Below, piece by piece: positions 1 to 9,613 of a stretch of 64,000 nt of DNA (the stretch's first letter is position 1; every line of letters starts with the position of its first letter). The stretch lies in assembly GCA_964503955.1 (NCBI GenBank), contig CAZDCG010000004.1, positions 16,181-80,180 of the forward strand, read 5' to 3'. Position numbers and translations under genes: made by a program. The DNA is from an uncultured Gammaproteobacteria bacterium (lineage in GTDB: Bacteria; Patescibacteriota; Patescibacteriia; VMEV01; CAYQCH01). The notes under the pieces are model-generated. The model ran no database searches, had not been told where the DNA came from, and worked only from the letters and a program-made list of their open reading frames with translations.

Positions 1-41
1 AGGCGAAAGCTCTTCTGAATCAAGCGTAAACAAATGAATGT

Positions 42-1478
42 TCATGTGGCTTGTTCGTGTTTTTTAAACGTGAGTAGTTCTGAGATAAACGCTTTTGACA
101 CGGTTCCGCTCAGCAGCAATGCGGCTCCGTACAAGCCGGCCGCGGCAATGATCCGCAGACCGTAATGCCATTCAGGCGTCATCATCAGAAAAATCGACAT
201 CAGCGCGCAGCCGAATATGGCTCCTCCCCAGCGCCTGAAGGACGGCACAATCTTACTGAATTTCACGAAATAGTAAAAGATCATCAATGAGACAAGACCC
301 TCGGTCACGACGGTCATGGCGGCCGCGCCCACGGGACCATAGAGCGGGATGAAAACAAAGTAGCCGACAAGCCCCACGATTGCTGTGATCGCGTAGGCCA
401 CGATAGTCGAACGCTGACGGTTCAGCGCCACGATCGCGTGGGCAAAGACGGCGTTAAAGAAAATAATACCGCTTGCCCAAATCAGCAGCTGCAACAGAAT
501 ACCTGATGAGCGAAAATCTTCTCCGGCGATCAGCGCCATCACGTCGCCGCCCACAAAGAGTGTTCCCACCATAATGGGCCAGGCAAGCAAGCTCATGGTG
601 TCAAAACCCTGCTGAACAAGCAACCGGAAGCGGTTTTTTTCGCCGGTCTGCCAATAGCGCGTCAGCAAAGGAAGCAGCAAGCCGGCAAATAAAACCGGAA
701 AGGTGGTCAGCACTTCAACGACCTTATACGCCGCGCCGTATAACCCCACTTCTTCTGGCGGGCGGACAACCGACAAAACAATGACATCGGTTTTCAAGTA
801 TAAAAGATTCAGCGCGATGCTTACGGCAATGGGCCAGGTTCTGCTCCAGATATCACGCCAGATCGGCAAATCAATGTGCAGGCTGATTCGTCCAAACTTT
901 TTTGCCGGCACGGCGAGCATACCGAATTGAACGATATTGCTTAAAATGACGCTGATCAGAATGCCGGTTAATCCCCATCCAAGGTAAATGGCAAGCAAAG
1001 TCGCAATCAATAAAAAAATACGGTTGCCAACTTCCGCGAGTGACACGTATTGCAAGGAGAGATGTTTTTGGTAAAACCCGAGAAAAATCTGATTGATGCT
1101 CATGAAAAAGAACGAAAGCGTCGTAATGGCAATGCCCGCTTTGACAAAGAACGGATACGGAAAAAAGATAACCAGCAGGGGAGCCAAACCAAGAAAGACA
1201 GCTGCTGAAATAGCTCGCAGAGAGAGGATATTTGCAAAAAGCAGGTCTTCATCCCACTTGCTATGTCCAAGCATTTGCGATGTTGTGAGGCTGAGACCGA
1301 AATCCACCAGGATACCGAAGAATTGTAAGAATCCCATGATGGTGGTGTAATACCCAAAACCCTCTTGGCCAAGCGAGCGGGTAATAAAACCGATTGTGAT
1401 CAATCCTAAAACCGTCCCGATACTCTTTCCGGTATATTGAATGATGGTGTGATGTGCGATGCGGCGGGCAAGCGACAT
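42..1478 (-). CDS. Polysaccharide flippase (Wzx/MOP superfamily)
   Basis: Many hydrophobic helices; motifs RSLGQEGFGYY, LVDFGL, TDVIVLS, VGLYGAAYK, YGPVGAA. Start taken at MSLARR (ATG 1478). Confidence 0.85.
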   Translation of the reverse strand: MSLARRIAHHTIIQYTGKSIGTVLGLITIGFITRSLGQEGFGYYTTIMGFLQFFGILVDFGLSLTTSQMLGHSKWDEDLLFANILSLRAISAAVFLGLAPLLVIFFPYPFFVKAGIAITTLSFFFMSINQIFLGFYQKHLSLQYVSLAEVGNRIFLLIATLLAIYLGWGLTGILISVILSNIVQFGMLAVPAKKFGRISLHIDLPIWRDIWSRTWPIAVSIALNLLYLKTDVIVLSVVRPPEEVGLYGAAYKVVEVLTTFPVLFAGLLLPLLTRYWQTGEKNRFRLLVQQGFDTMSLLAWPIMVGTLFVGGDVMALIAGEDFRSSGILLQLLIWASGIIFFNAVFAHAIVALNRQRSTIVAYAITAIVGLVGYFVFIPLYGPVGAAAMTVVTEGLVSLMIFYYFVKFSKIVPSFRRWGGAIFGCALMSIFLMMTPEWHYGLRIIAAAGLYGAALLLSGTVSKAFISELLTFKKHEQAT

Positions 1479-1540
1479 GTTGACAAAGGGGAAGAATTCT
1501 GGCGGTGAACATGATACAATCATTGTACACCAAAACACAT

Positions 1541-3940
1541 ATGAAAAGCGTGTTACGGATGAACCAGGCTTCTGAACAAGCGGCTCTTCATTGGCATTCG
1601 CCGGTGAGCGCTTTGTTTGGTCTTCTCGCGAAAGGCGCGATCTATTTTACAGCCCTTCTGGCTGTTTTTTTGCTGCCATCTCTTGTCTCCGCTCAGGCGG
1701 CAAATACGCATAAAGGGCAGGAAACCGTGCGCAGCCATGGTGTCATCAATCTCAAGCCCGGAGCGGCAATTACCTTTGAAATCCATTTCAAGAATACGGG
1801 AACCGCTGCCTGGAAAAACAGCGGAGCGAATTTTGTTGCTGTGGCAACAGTGGATCCGGAAAAACGGGACAGTGTGTTTGAACATAAATTCTGGGATGCT
1901 TCGTTCCGCCCCGCTTATTTGAAAGAAGCTATTGTCCGTCCGGGAGAAATCGGCACATTCCGTTTCCCGCTGCAGGCGCCAGACAAAACCGGTTCCTATG
2001 AAGAAACTTTTCAGGCGGTAGCTAAGAATCTCGCCTGGATTGGAGGAACAAAATTCACAATCCCGATCAATGTGGTGGAAACAATCGAATTGCCTGCTCC
2101 AATACCGCAAACCGAGGTTCAGACAAATAATGGTTTTGCCATCGCGGTGGATTATCCCGTGCAGGATGCTTCCTATTCCGCACAATGGGTGCAAGGCCAG
2201 AAATTATCACTTGCCGCCGAACCGGGCCAGCAAATTTTACAAACCATTGAAGTAAAGAATACCGGAACTGCAACCTGGAAGAATGCGGGCACGCGCTTTG
2301 TCTCCTTCTATACGGTTCGTCCAAACTATCATGCTTCTCCCTTTCATTCCAATGGCCCCGGGTGGATGAGCAAATCGCAAATCCGCCTTGCTTCAGACAC
2401 GGTAAAACCCGGGGAAACAGGAACCATGGTCGTGCTGCTGCAAGCGCCGTCCGCACCGGGCACGCATAAGGACCGTCTGCGCCTGGCAGCCGAAAACCAT
2501 ACGTGGATGCAGGGCGGAGAGCTTGAAATCGAAATCCAGGTGAATGGCCCGGCTGAGCAGGAATCTGAAACGCCAGGGGAAACCGGCGCGCAGCAATCAA
2601 ATTTGTATCGAGATCAGTCTTACGAAGCCATGATGCTGATCAGTTCGCATCGCAATCTCACGCTTGCGCCCGGCCAGACAATCACTTTTCAGGTTGGATT
2701 TAAGAATGTTGGCGCAAAAGCCTGGAAGAAGTCTGGCAATCGATTCATAAGCATGTATACGATTTCTCCCAATTACCGGGCTTCGCGATTTGCCACTCGC
2801 ACTGCGGCGGTGAATCCTGGCTGGATAACGCCAAGCCAGATCGCCATGTCGGAGGAAACCGTAGAGCCGGGGCAGATCGGATATTTCCGTTTTGATTTGA
2901 CCGCGCCGTCAACGCCGGGATCTTATACGGAACAGTTCCGCCTCGCCGCCGAGGATCATTCCTGGATTAAAGGAGGCGAGTTCACGCTGCCGATTACCGT
3001 ATTGCAAAGCGGCTCATTGCCCGTGATTGACCAGCCTTCAACGGGGCCAACAGATCTCGGTCCGATCATGCGCGTAGGACTCTTTGCATCTGATCAGCCG
3101 CTGAGCATTACCGCGGACAGTCCGTTTCAGGTGCGCTCAGGCTCAGGACAAGTATTGGCGGAAGTGCCGGCAAGAACGGAAGTGCAATTGGCGTACAACC
3201 GCAGCAATGGCATGTATGAGCTGCACTATGCCGCCGCGCATCTGACGACCTCCGACTATCTTGTCGCGCATGCTTTGGATAATCAGACCATCATGGAAAT
3301 TTTGTCGTATGAACGGCGGCTGCCATGGAATCCGGCCGTGAATGAAAATCTTTTCCGTGGCTCAATTGAGATCCGTTACAGCCAGGCGACCAACCAGGTC
3401 TGGGCAATCAACATTCTGCCTATGGAGCATTACCTGCGCGGAATTGCTGAAACCAGCAGTGAATCTCCCGTGGAATTTCTTAAAGTCATGACGGTGGCCG
3501 CCCGCACATACGCCACCTACCACTATGAACGGCAGACAAAGCACGCGGACAAGTATTTCTATGTTGACTCCGAATACGATCAGGTTTATCGTGGCTATGC
3601 TCTGGAGAAACGGCATCCAAGCCTTGTCCAAGCCGTGAACCTGACGACAGGACAGGTCGTTACCTGGACGGATCCGCAAACAGGCGAAACCAAGATCGCA
3701 ATCACTCCGTATTTTTCCAATAGCGACGGCCGCACGCGCGACTGGTCCGAAGTCTGGGGCGGGGAAGTGCCTTGGGCAAAATCTGTGCCTGTTCCGCAGG
3801 ATATCGGCAAAACCTTGCTTGGCCATGGCGTTGGAATGTCCGCCCGCGGAGGCCTCCTCATGGTGGTCAATGACGGCAAGACTTATGACCAGGTGCTGCA
3901 TTATTTCTTCCAGGGCATCCAGATTCAGGATCGGTACTAA
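1541..3940 (+). CDS. Secreted SpoIID/LytB-domain protein with three N-terminal NBR1-type Ig-like repeats
   Basis: Signal-like segment (LVSAQA); three repeats of (F/V)KN(T/V)G..W..G..F..PGE/QxG.F..L.AP..G.Y.E.F; C-terminal EHYLRGIAE, VAARTY, DQVYRG, GHGVGMS. Start uncertain (1505/1541/1559). Confidence 0.8.
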   Translation: MKSVLRMNQASEQAALHWHSPVSALFGLLAKGAIYFTALLAVFLLPSLVSAQAANTHKGQETVRSHGVINLKPGAAITFEIHFKNTGTAAWKNSGANFVAVATVDPEKRDSVFEHKFWDASFRPAYLKEAIVRPGEIGTFRFPLQAPDKTGSYEETFQAVAKNLAWIGGTKFTIPINVVETIELPAPIPQTEVQTNNGFAIAVDYPVQDASYSAQWVQGQKLSLAAEPGQQILQTIEVKNTGTATWKNAGTRFVSFYTVRPNYHASPFHSNGPGWMSKSQIRLASDTVKPGETGTMVVLLQAPSAPGTHKDRLRLAAENHTWMQGGELEIEIQVNGPAEQESETPGETGAQQSNLYRDQSYEAMMLISSHRNLTLAPGQTITFQVGFKNVGAKAWKKSGNRFISMYTISPNYRASRFATRTAAVNPGWITPSQIAMSEETVEPGQIGYFRFDLTAPSTPGSYTEQFRLAAEDHSWIKGGEFTLPITVLQSGSLPVIDQPSTGPTDLGPIMRVGLFASDQPLSITADSPFQVRSGSGQVLAEVPARTEVQLAYNRSNGMYELHYAAAHLTTSDYLVAHALDNQTIMEILSYERRLPWNPAVNENLFRGSIEIRYSQATNQVWAINILPMEHYLRGIAETSSESPVEFLKVMTVAARTYATYHYERQTKHADKYFYVDSEYDQVYRGYALEKRHPSLVQAVNLTTGQVVTWTDPQTGETKIAITPYFSNSDGRTRDWSEVWGGEVPWAKSVPVPQDIGKTLLGHGVGMSARGGLLMVVNDGKTYDQVLHYFFQGIQIQDRY

Positions 3941-3945
3941 CGCGT

Positions 3946-4139
3946 CTTTTATAAAGTTTGTCTAGACGAACGAGATTAAACGTGTTTACTAGAACTTCTG
4001 CTTTCCTGCTTGAGTTTGAACGTCGATTATGCGTTTCCAATTGGAGCAAAGCTCGTAAATGTTCAAATTCAAGTTCAAGCGGAAAGCAAAAGTTCGTGTT
4101 TGGCCAATTTCGCACGTCTAGTTAGACTACATAAAAAAG
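3946..4139 (+). repeat. ~190-nt imperfect inverted repeat (rod-like hairpin)
   Basis: Nested arms ctagacg/cgtctag, cgagatt/aatttcg, gaactt/aagttc, gctttcc/ggaaagc, cttgagtttgaac/gttcaaattcaag. Confidence 0.7.
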
Positions 4140-4145
4140 TTGATT

Positions 4146-5117
4146 ATGATCTTGTTTCTCCACGGAGGCGATACGTATCGTTCCCGCCAAAAATTGAAGG
4201 AAATCAGAGAGAAATTTCAAAAAGAGGTTGATCCAAACGGATATAACCTCCTTGTTTTAGATGGAAATACGATCAAATCAGAACACCTTGCGCAGGCAAT
4301 CAGCGCGAGCCCCTTTCTTGCGCCAAAGCGCATGGTGATTGTTGAACAACTCAGCAAACTTTCTCTGTCAGAAGAGGAAGAAGAAAGCCTGGTTGGAGTG
4401 ATCAAGCGCGTCATGGACGAAGAGAATATTCTTGTTGTCTGGGAGGAGGAGCTGAAAAAAAAGGAACTTTCTGCGCCGGTATTCAAGGCGGTGCAAAAGA
4501 CGCAGTTCAATTTCGCTTTTGAACCCTGGAACCATCAGCAAGTAGCCGGCTGGGTTAGGCAGCGGCTCTCCGAACAAGGCATTGATATCGCGCCTGCCGC
4601 CCTGCAGCATCTCTCGCTTTCCGTGGAGGACAATTTATGGCTGGCCGCGCTTGAAACGGACAAGCTGATCCACTACGCGCAGGCAAATGAATTGAAACGC
4701 CTAGATGATTCGCATGTGAAAAACCTGGTAGCCGGAGGAGCGCAGGACAATGTTTTTGCTTTGGTAGACGCGGTAAGCGCGAATGATTTGAAAAAAGGTC
4801 TTTACCTGCTGCAGGATCAGATGAAAGCGGGCAGCCATGAACTTGAAATTCTTTCCCTGCTTTTTCGCCAGTACCGCTTGCTTGCGCAGGCAAAAGACGC
4901 GCAAAAAAAGGGGATGCCGGCAGCAGAAACAGCCAAAGCGTATCAAATGCATCCCTATGTCGCCGGCAAAATGCTTTCGCAGACGCAGCGGTTTTCAGAA
5001 GCTCAGCTGGCCGATACCTACAAGCAGCTCCTGCGCGCGGATAAGCTGATGAAAAGCTCAGGTTTACCAATGGACATACTGCTGACCAAAGCGGTTGCGC
5101 AAATCACGGCAACGTAA
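4146..5117 (+). CDS. holA: DNA polymerase III delta subunit
   Basis: LFLHGGD, SPFLAPKRMVIV, LETDKL, VFALVDAV, MHPY, DKLMKS; adjacent to rpsT. Confidence 0.9.
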   Translation: MILFLHGGDTYRSRQKLKEIREKFQKEVDPNGYNLLVLDGNTIKSEHLAQAISASPFLAPKRMVIVEQLSKLSLSEEEEESLVGVIKRVMDEENILVVWEEELKKKELSAPVFKAVQKTQFNFAFEPWNHQQVAGWVRQRLSEQGIDIAPAALQHLSLSVEDNLWLAALETDKLIHYAQANELKRLDDSHVKNLVAGGAQDNVFALVDAVSANDLKKGLYLLQDQMKAGSHELEILSLLFRQYRLLAQAKDAQKKGMPAAETAKAYQMHPYVAGKMLSQTQRFSEAQLADTYKQLLRADKLMKSSGLPMDILLTKAVAQITAT

Positions 5118-5140
5118 AAAGCCCCCGCAGGGGCTTTTTT
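5116..5140. terminator. Bidirectional intrinsic terminator
   Basis: aaaaagcccc-cgca-ggggctttttt between convergent holA and rpsT. Confidence 0.85.
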
Positions 5141-5151
5141 GGTGGAATCTG

Positions 5152-5415
5152 TTATTTCATGAGCTGCTTCATCTGCTTGATCAAACGCGACTTGCGGCGC
5201 GCGCCGGTATTCTTTTTCACGATGCCTTTCTGGACGGCTTTATCAATGGCCTTGATCGCTGATGTGAGGGAAGCTTCCGCTTTGCTGTTTTTCGCGGTAG
5301 CAAACTTTTTTGTCTGCTTTACCAAAAATTTGATATTGTCGCGAACACTTTGATTGTGAGCCTGTCGTTTGAAGGACTGTCTCAACGCCTTTCGAGCGTT
5401 TTTCATCTGTGGCAT
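5152..5415 (-). CDS. rpsT: 30S ribosomal protein S20
   Basis: KNARKALRQS..N, KAIDKAVQKGIVKKNTGARRKSRL. Confidence 0.97.
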   Translation of the reverse strand: MPQMKNARKALRQSFKRQAHNQSVRDNIKFLVKQTKKFATAKNSKAEASLTSAIKAIDKAVQKGIVKKNTGARRKSRLIKQMKQLMK

Positions 5416-5543
5416 AAAAACCTATGGAGGAATTAGAAACGGATTATGGGTGGGACTGAGTGATCCTCATTTAACGATAGATTCGCCTTTTTGTCAATTC
5501 CCGTTATCTATTTGCTTCTCCTTATCCTTATCCCCCTCCTTCC

Positions 5544-5855
5544 TTAGGACTGGGGAGGGAACTCTGTTTCCAGCTGGTGCAAAAGCACTCGCTGCATTTG
5601 CAGGTCGCGCTCCAGAAAGGTGATTTCCTGCTGGGATTGGCGTGTTTGCGCGGAGAGAACCTGGGATTCAAATTCCCAGGCATCGATCTCTTCCAATGTT
5701 TCGGCCCGTGAGCAGAGACGCTCAACAAGGCGGTATTTCAACTGAAGTTCTTCATGGTACCGTTCTTCGCGCCCAAGGCGTTCTTCAAGTTCGAAAATGG
5801 TATGGCGCAATTGTTCATTAAGCCGCTGAGCGATTTCAGGAGCGAGAGATTTCAT
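5544..5855 (-). CDS. Hypothetical coiled-coil protein
   Basis: 103-aa E/L/Q/R-rich ORF, ATGA overlap with the upstream gene. Confidence 0.6.
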   Translation of the reverse strand: MKSLAPEIAQRLNEQLRHTIFELEERLGREERYHEELQLKYRLVERLCSRAETLEEIDAWEFESQVLSAQTRQSQQEITFLERDLQMQRVLLHQLETEFPPQS

Positions 5856-8050
5856 ACAAGGAATCGGTTAGTGATGGATTGAAGAAGCGGCCGCAAGGCC
5901 TGGAACACATATTTTTTACCGGCAAAAGCGGCGGCCGCTGAACCGATCAACCAGGGAATGGTTGCGGGAGCAGATTCGCTCTGGCCGGTATCAAGGTCGG
6001 GAGCGACGGTTGTCACTGCTTCAAGAACATATGCATCCCCAACGATATCGTGTGCTGAGCGGGGGATGATCTGCAGGCCGCTTCCGTCTCGATCAAGCAA
6101 ACCGGAAACAGTGATCGCGCTTTCTTCCTTGAATTGAGCCAGAGAAAGCTTTGCCTTTTTTAGATCAACAGACATTTCCTCGCCAAATACCTCGAGCAAA
6201 AGCTGGTCTTTGGCTTGTTCAATGAGGAGGCCGTTCACGAGGATCAGGGTTCCATTGGGCAGATCAGAGATTTCTTTAAGCGAAGCGGGTTCATAGGAAA
6301 AATGCTGGAGCTGGTCCAGAAAAACGATGTCGTCAGCCGAACGAATCAGAAGCCGCTCCGTTGTTTGCGTGACGGATTTTTCTCCGCTTACGCGGATGAT
6401 GCTTCCCGGTTCAAGCTCCGGCCAGAGCGCTTTGTGAAAATATAATTCCACGTTCATGAATGTGTCGGTTGATTGTATGCGCGCGGACCGGGCGGCAAAT
6501 GTGCCTGGCGCAACCGTAATAACTCCCTCAATCGTGACGGCTGTTTTTGGATCAATAGAGGGCCAGTCGTTCATGGAAATAGAGGCGATTGCGGATGCCC
6601 CTGCCTTGACTGCGAAGGATTTTCCTTCGTCCGTGGAATGTGTGGTAAGCGCCGCCGCGGCCTGGGCATTCGGTTCGCCGGGTGTAGGGACCGCTTCAAA
6701 CCAGATACCATCAGCAGACGTTGACCAGCTCAATCCTTCGTTTGATTCCTCATATTCAACTTGATCCAACACCTCTTGTTCATACGATAAAGTCAGCGTA
6801 TCAGCATCATTGTTCAGAGAAATCTTGGTATCGCTGCGATGAAGCAGGAGAAATGCGCCTGGTTCAAGGGAGCCGCTCGGCAGCGCATAGCTTGTTTTTT
6901 CATCCGCGATCGTGACTCCTTTCAGAGCAAGTATTTCTTGGCTTGTATTCAGCAATTCAATCCATTCCTGCGTATCGCTGCCAACGGGATTGGGCAAAAG
7001 CTCATTGATGATTAAGCCGAGGGGCGGAACGGTTGTTTCTTCGGCTTGCTCGATTTCAGAGGGAATTATTTCCGGGCTTTCCTCTTCTGCCGCAGCTTCC
7101 TTCTCCTCTTCTTCCTCGGCTGATTCTTGCTGATTATCATCAAAGTCAGGTGCCGGCCTCTGCGAGTTAATAGTTCCCCCGGTTGGCGCCGCCTCATACC
7201 AGCCTGCATCATCTCTGTTCAGGCTTAGGCCTTCTGTTGATTTTTCATACGATACCTCATCGATCACCGTATCAAAGGGATCAATAAGCCGTACTTGTTC
7301 ATTCGTATTGTTTAACGCAATACCGGTTTGCGTACGAGGCAAAACAAGATGCGCATTAGCAGGAATAATCGTATCTTTGAGAGTGTATGTTTTGCTTGCA
7401 TCAGCAAGCTTCCACATGTGCAAACTCACGGGCTTTGAAGTCGGATTAAACAATTCAATGAATTCCTGGCCGGCTTCGTCCCCCGCCGGATTGGCAAAAA
7501 GCTCATTGATCAGCAGCATGGCCGTTTCTATGACCGGTTCGGGTGCGGGGGATGCTTGAGGAGGAAGAGAAGGGGGTATTTCGTCTTCAACCGGGCATGC
7601 GAGAGGAGCCGGGATCAGGAACAAGTTGGCCCGGCCCGGCGTGGGAGAATCGGTTTTGACAAAACCATGTTCCGATAGGGCAAATGTGTTTCCTTCCATT
7701 GAAAATTGTATTTGATCAACGTTGTTACCAAGCGGATCGCGCAAGATCACATGAGAGGTTTGCGTCGAAATCTCTTTCCAAGCGATGACAAGGTATTGCT
7801 CAGGAGAGATGACGAAATCCAAAAGCAAACCGTCTCCGGTATTGCTGATGATTGACCAGCCAGCCAGATCAACGCGTTTGTCACCGTTGAACGTAAGTTC
7901 AATCCAGCCTGTATCCCCGTCGTATGCGGGCAGGGAAATTTCGCTGAATCGCACGGCAGCATGATCAACCTGCTCTTCCGTCTGGGCAGAGGCGGAAGGA
8001 ACAGGGATGGTAAAAAGAAGGAACAAAAAAACAAGAGCCCATCGCATCAT
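5852..8050 (-). CDS. Surface protein with lamin-tail domains (about 3) and OB-fold-like C-terminal region
   Basis: Signal peptide; repeated INEL.NP.G.D...E(F/W)IELxN...L..W...D...(T/S)PG..N; acidic linkers; C-terminal hydrophobic anchor. Confidence 0.8.
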   Translation of the reverse strand: MMRWALVFLFLLFTIPVPSASAQTEEQVDHAAVRFSEISLPAYDGDTGWIELTFNGDKRVDLAGWSIISNTGDGLLLDFVISPEQYLVIAWKEISTQTSHVILRDPLGNNVDQIQFSMEGNTFALSEHGFVKTDSPTPGRANLFLIPAPLACPVEDEIPPSLPPQASPAPEPVIETAMLLINELFANPAGDEAGQEFIELFNPTSKPVSLHMWKLADASKTYTLKDTIIPANAHLVLPRTQTGIALNNTNEQVRLIDPFDTVIDEVSYEKSTEGLSLNRDDAGWYEAAPTGGTINSQRPAPDFDDNQQESAEEEEEKEAAAEEESPEIIPSEIEQAEETTVPPLGLIINELLPNPVGSDTQEWIELLNTSQEILALKGVTIADEKTSYALPSGSLEPGAFLLLHRSDTKISLNNDADTLTLSYEQEVLDQVEYEESNEGLSWSTSADGIWFEAVPTPGEPNAQAAAALTTHSTDEGKSFAVKAGASAIASISMNDWPSIDPKTAVTIEGVITVAPGTFAARSARIQSTDTFMNVELYFHKALWPELEPGSIIRVSGEKSVTQTTERLLIRSADDIVFLDQLQHFSYEPASLKEISDLPNGTLILVNGLLIEQAKDQLLLEVFGEEMSVDLKKAKLSLAQFKEESAITVSGLLDRDGSGLQIIPRSAHDIVGDAYVLEAVTTVAPDLDTGQSESAPATIPWLIGSAAAAFAGKKYVFQALRPLLQSITNRFLV

Positions 8051-8271
8051 AAGAATGCGTTAAGAATAAAAAAGCCCGCTATCGGGTAGATAACGGGTGT
8101 GGGCTTGTTAAAGACATGATAGCACATTTCTGCAAACCCGGAAAGAGGGGGGCCTCGCAACCCTAATTCTTAATTCCTAATTCCCAACCCTAATTCCTCC
8201 CGTCGAAACAGGAAGTATTAGGAATGAGGGGAAAACAAAAGCCCCTCGATATGAGGGGCTAGGATATTGGT

Positions 8272-9423
8272 TTATGCAGTCGGTTCAATGGACTTCAGCA
8301 GTTTTCGGAACGGAGCTTTGGCCACTTTGGTATACAGTTCAGTCGTCTCTGCCGCAATCTGATCCCAGTCATAATGACGCTGCACATGGGAGCGGCCCAG
8401 TCGGCGCAATGCATCGGTTTCTTCCGGCTTTTCAAGCAGCTCAATGAGCTTGTCTTTCAGATCTGCCACGTCGCCTGATCGGAAGAACATGCCGACACCT
8501 TCAGCGACTTCGCGGTTTTCAGGAATATCGCTTGCAAGCACTGCCTGACTGTAGCTGAATGCTTCAAGCAGAGCGATAGACAATCCTTCTGAAAGCGAAG
8601 GGTGCACAAAGCAGTACGCATGCGCGAACAGGGAAGCAAGAGCCTCGCCTGACTGTTTATCGGTAAAGATAATGCGGTCGTCGTTTGCGGCAAGCGCATG
8701 CAATTCCTGCACATAGTCATCGGTATATTCCGTACCACCGACAATGACCAGCTTTTTGTCAGTTTCCATTTGCTTGAATGCTTCAATCAGGAAGTGAATG
8801 CCTTTATGGCGGACAAGGCGGCTGATGCTGACGATATATCCCCCCGGAGCAAGGCCCCACTGCGCGAGCGGTTCGGGGGAAACAGATTCCGGGGCAACAG
8901 GAACGCCATTGGGGATATAATGCGCGGCAACCTGATACGCAGCCTGGACATGGTATTTCAACTCCTTTGACACGGTAATGGCCGCGTCTGAAAATTTCGC
9001 GGCAATGCGTTCGCCAAGACGAAGGCTCAATCGGGCAAAGTATCCCCATTTCTGATGGTTGTAGTCGGCGCAATGGATGGTGGCCACAATACGCGTGCGC
9101 GGTTTGATCAACCGGATGAGCGGAATCAGCAGAGACGGGCCAATGGCATGTACATGCACGATATCCGCCTTGCGGGTGGCCAGGTGAAGGATGGAAAAAA
9201 ACGTATGCGTAATCGCTTCCAGATGCTTGGTATAAATGGCGGGCGTATAAATGAGATGAACGCCATTTACGATGTCTGCGTCAGAACCTGTATAATGCTT
9301 TCTCGCATAGGCAAAAACCTCATGTCCATTGGCCGCGATTCGTGACGCAAGCTCCTCGACATGACGTTCTACACCACCGCCTTTGGCGGGCAAACCTTTT
9401 TGTCCGAGAAAGTAAATTTTCAT
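8272..9423 (-). CDS. Glycosyltransferase family 4
   Basis: MKIYFLGQKGLPAKGGGVERH, SRLVRHKG, SEGLSIALLEA, SDIPENREV. Confidence 0.92.
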   Translation of the reverse strand: MKIYFLGQKGLPAKGGGVERHVEELASRIAANGHEVFAYARKHYTGSDADIVNGVHLIYTPAIYTKHLEAITHTFFSILHLATRKADIVHVHAIGPSLLIPLIRLIKPRTRIVATIHCADYNHQKWGYFARLSLRLGERIAAKFSDAAITVSKELKYHVQAAYQVAAHYIPNGVPVAPESVSPEPLAQWGLAPGGYIVSISRLVRHKGIHFLIEAFKQMETDKKLVIVGGTEYTDDYVQELHALAANDDRIIFTDKQSGEALASLFAHAYCFVHPSLSEGLSIALLEAFSYSQAVLASDIPENREVAEGVGMFFRSGDVADLKDKLIELLEKPEETDALRRLGRSHVQRHYDWDQIAAETTELYTKVAKAPFRKLLKSIEPTA

Positions 9424-9613
9424 ACAATTCAACATCTTTGCGGAATTCCGCAATTTAACACAATCCAGGAAAAATGTCAACACTTCAGACCCATCTTGTC
9501 AGCGGTGCTGATGATAGCAAGTTATTGGCTAAAATTAGCCAATAACAATGTAATCTCTGCTGAGAAAACGTGGTTTTATCTCTGCCAAAGTCTGATATAC
9601 TGGGTATAACCGT

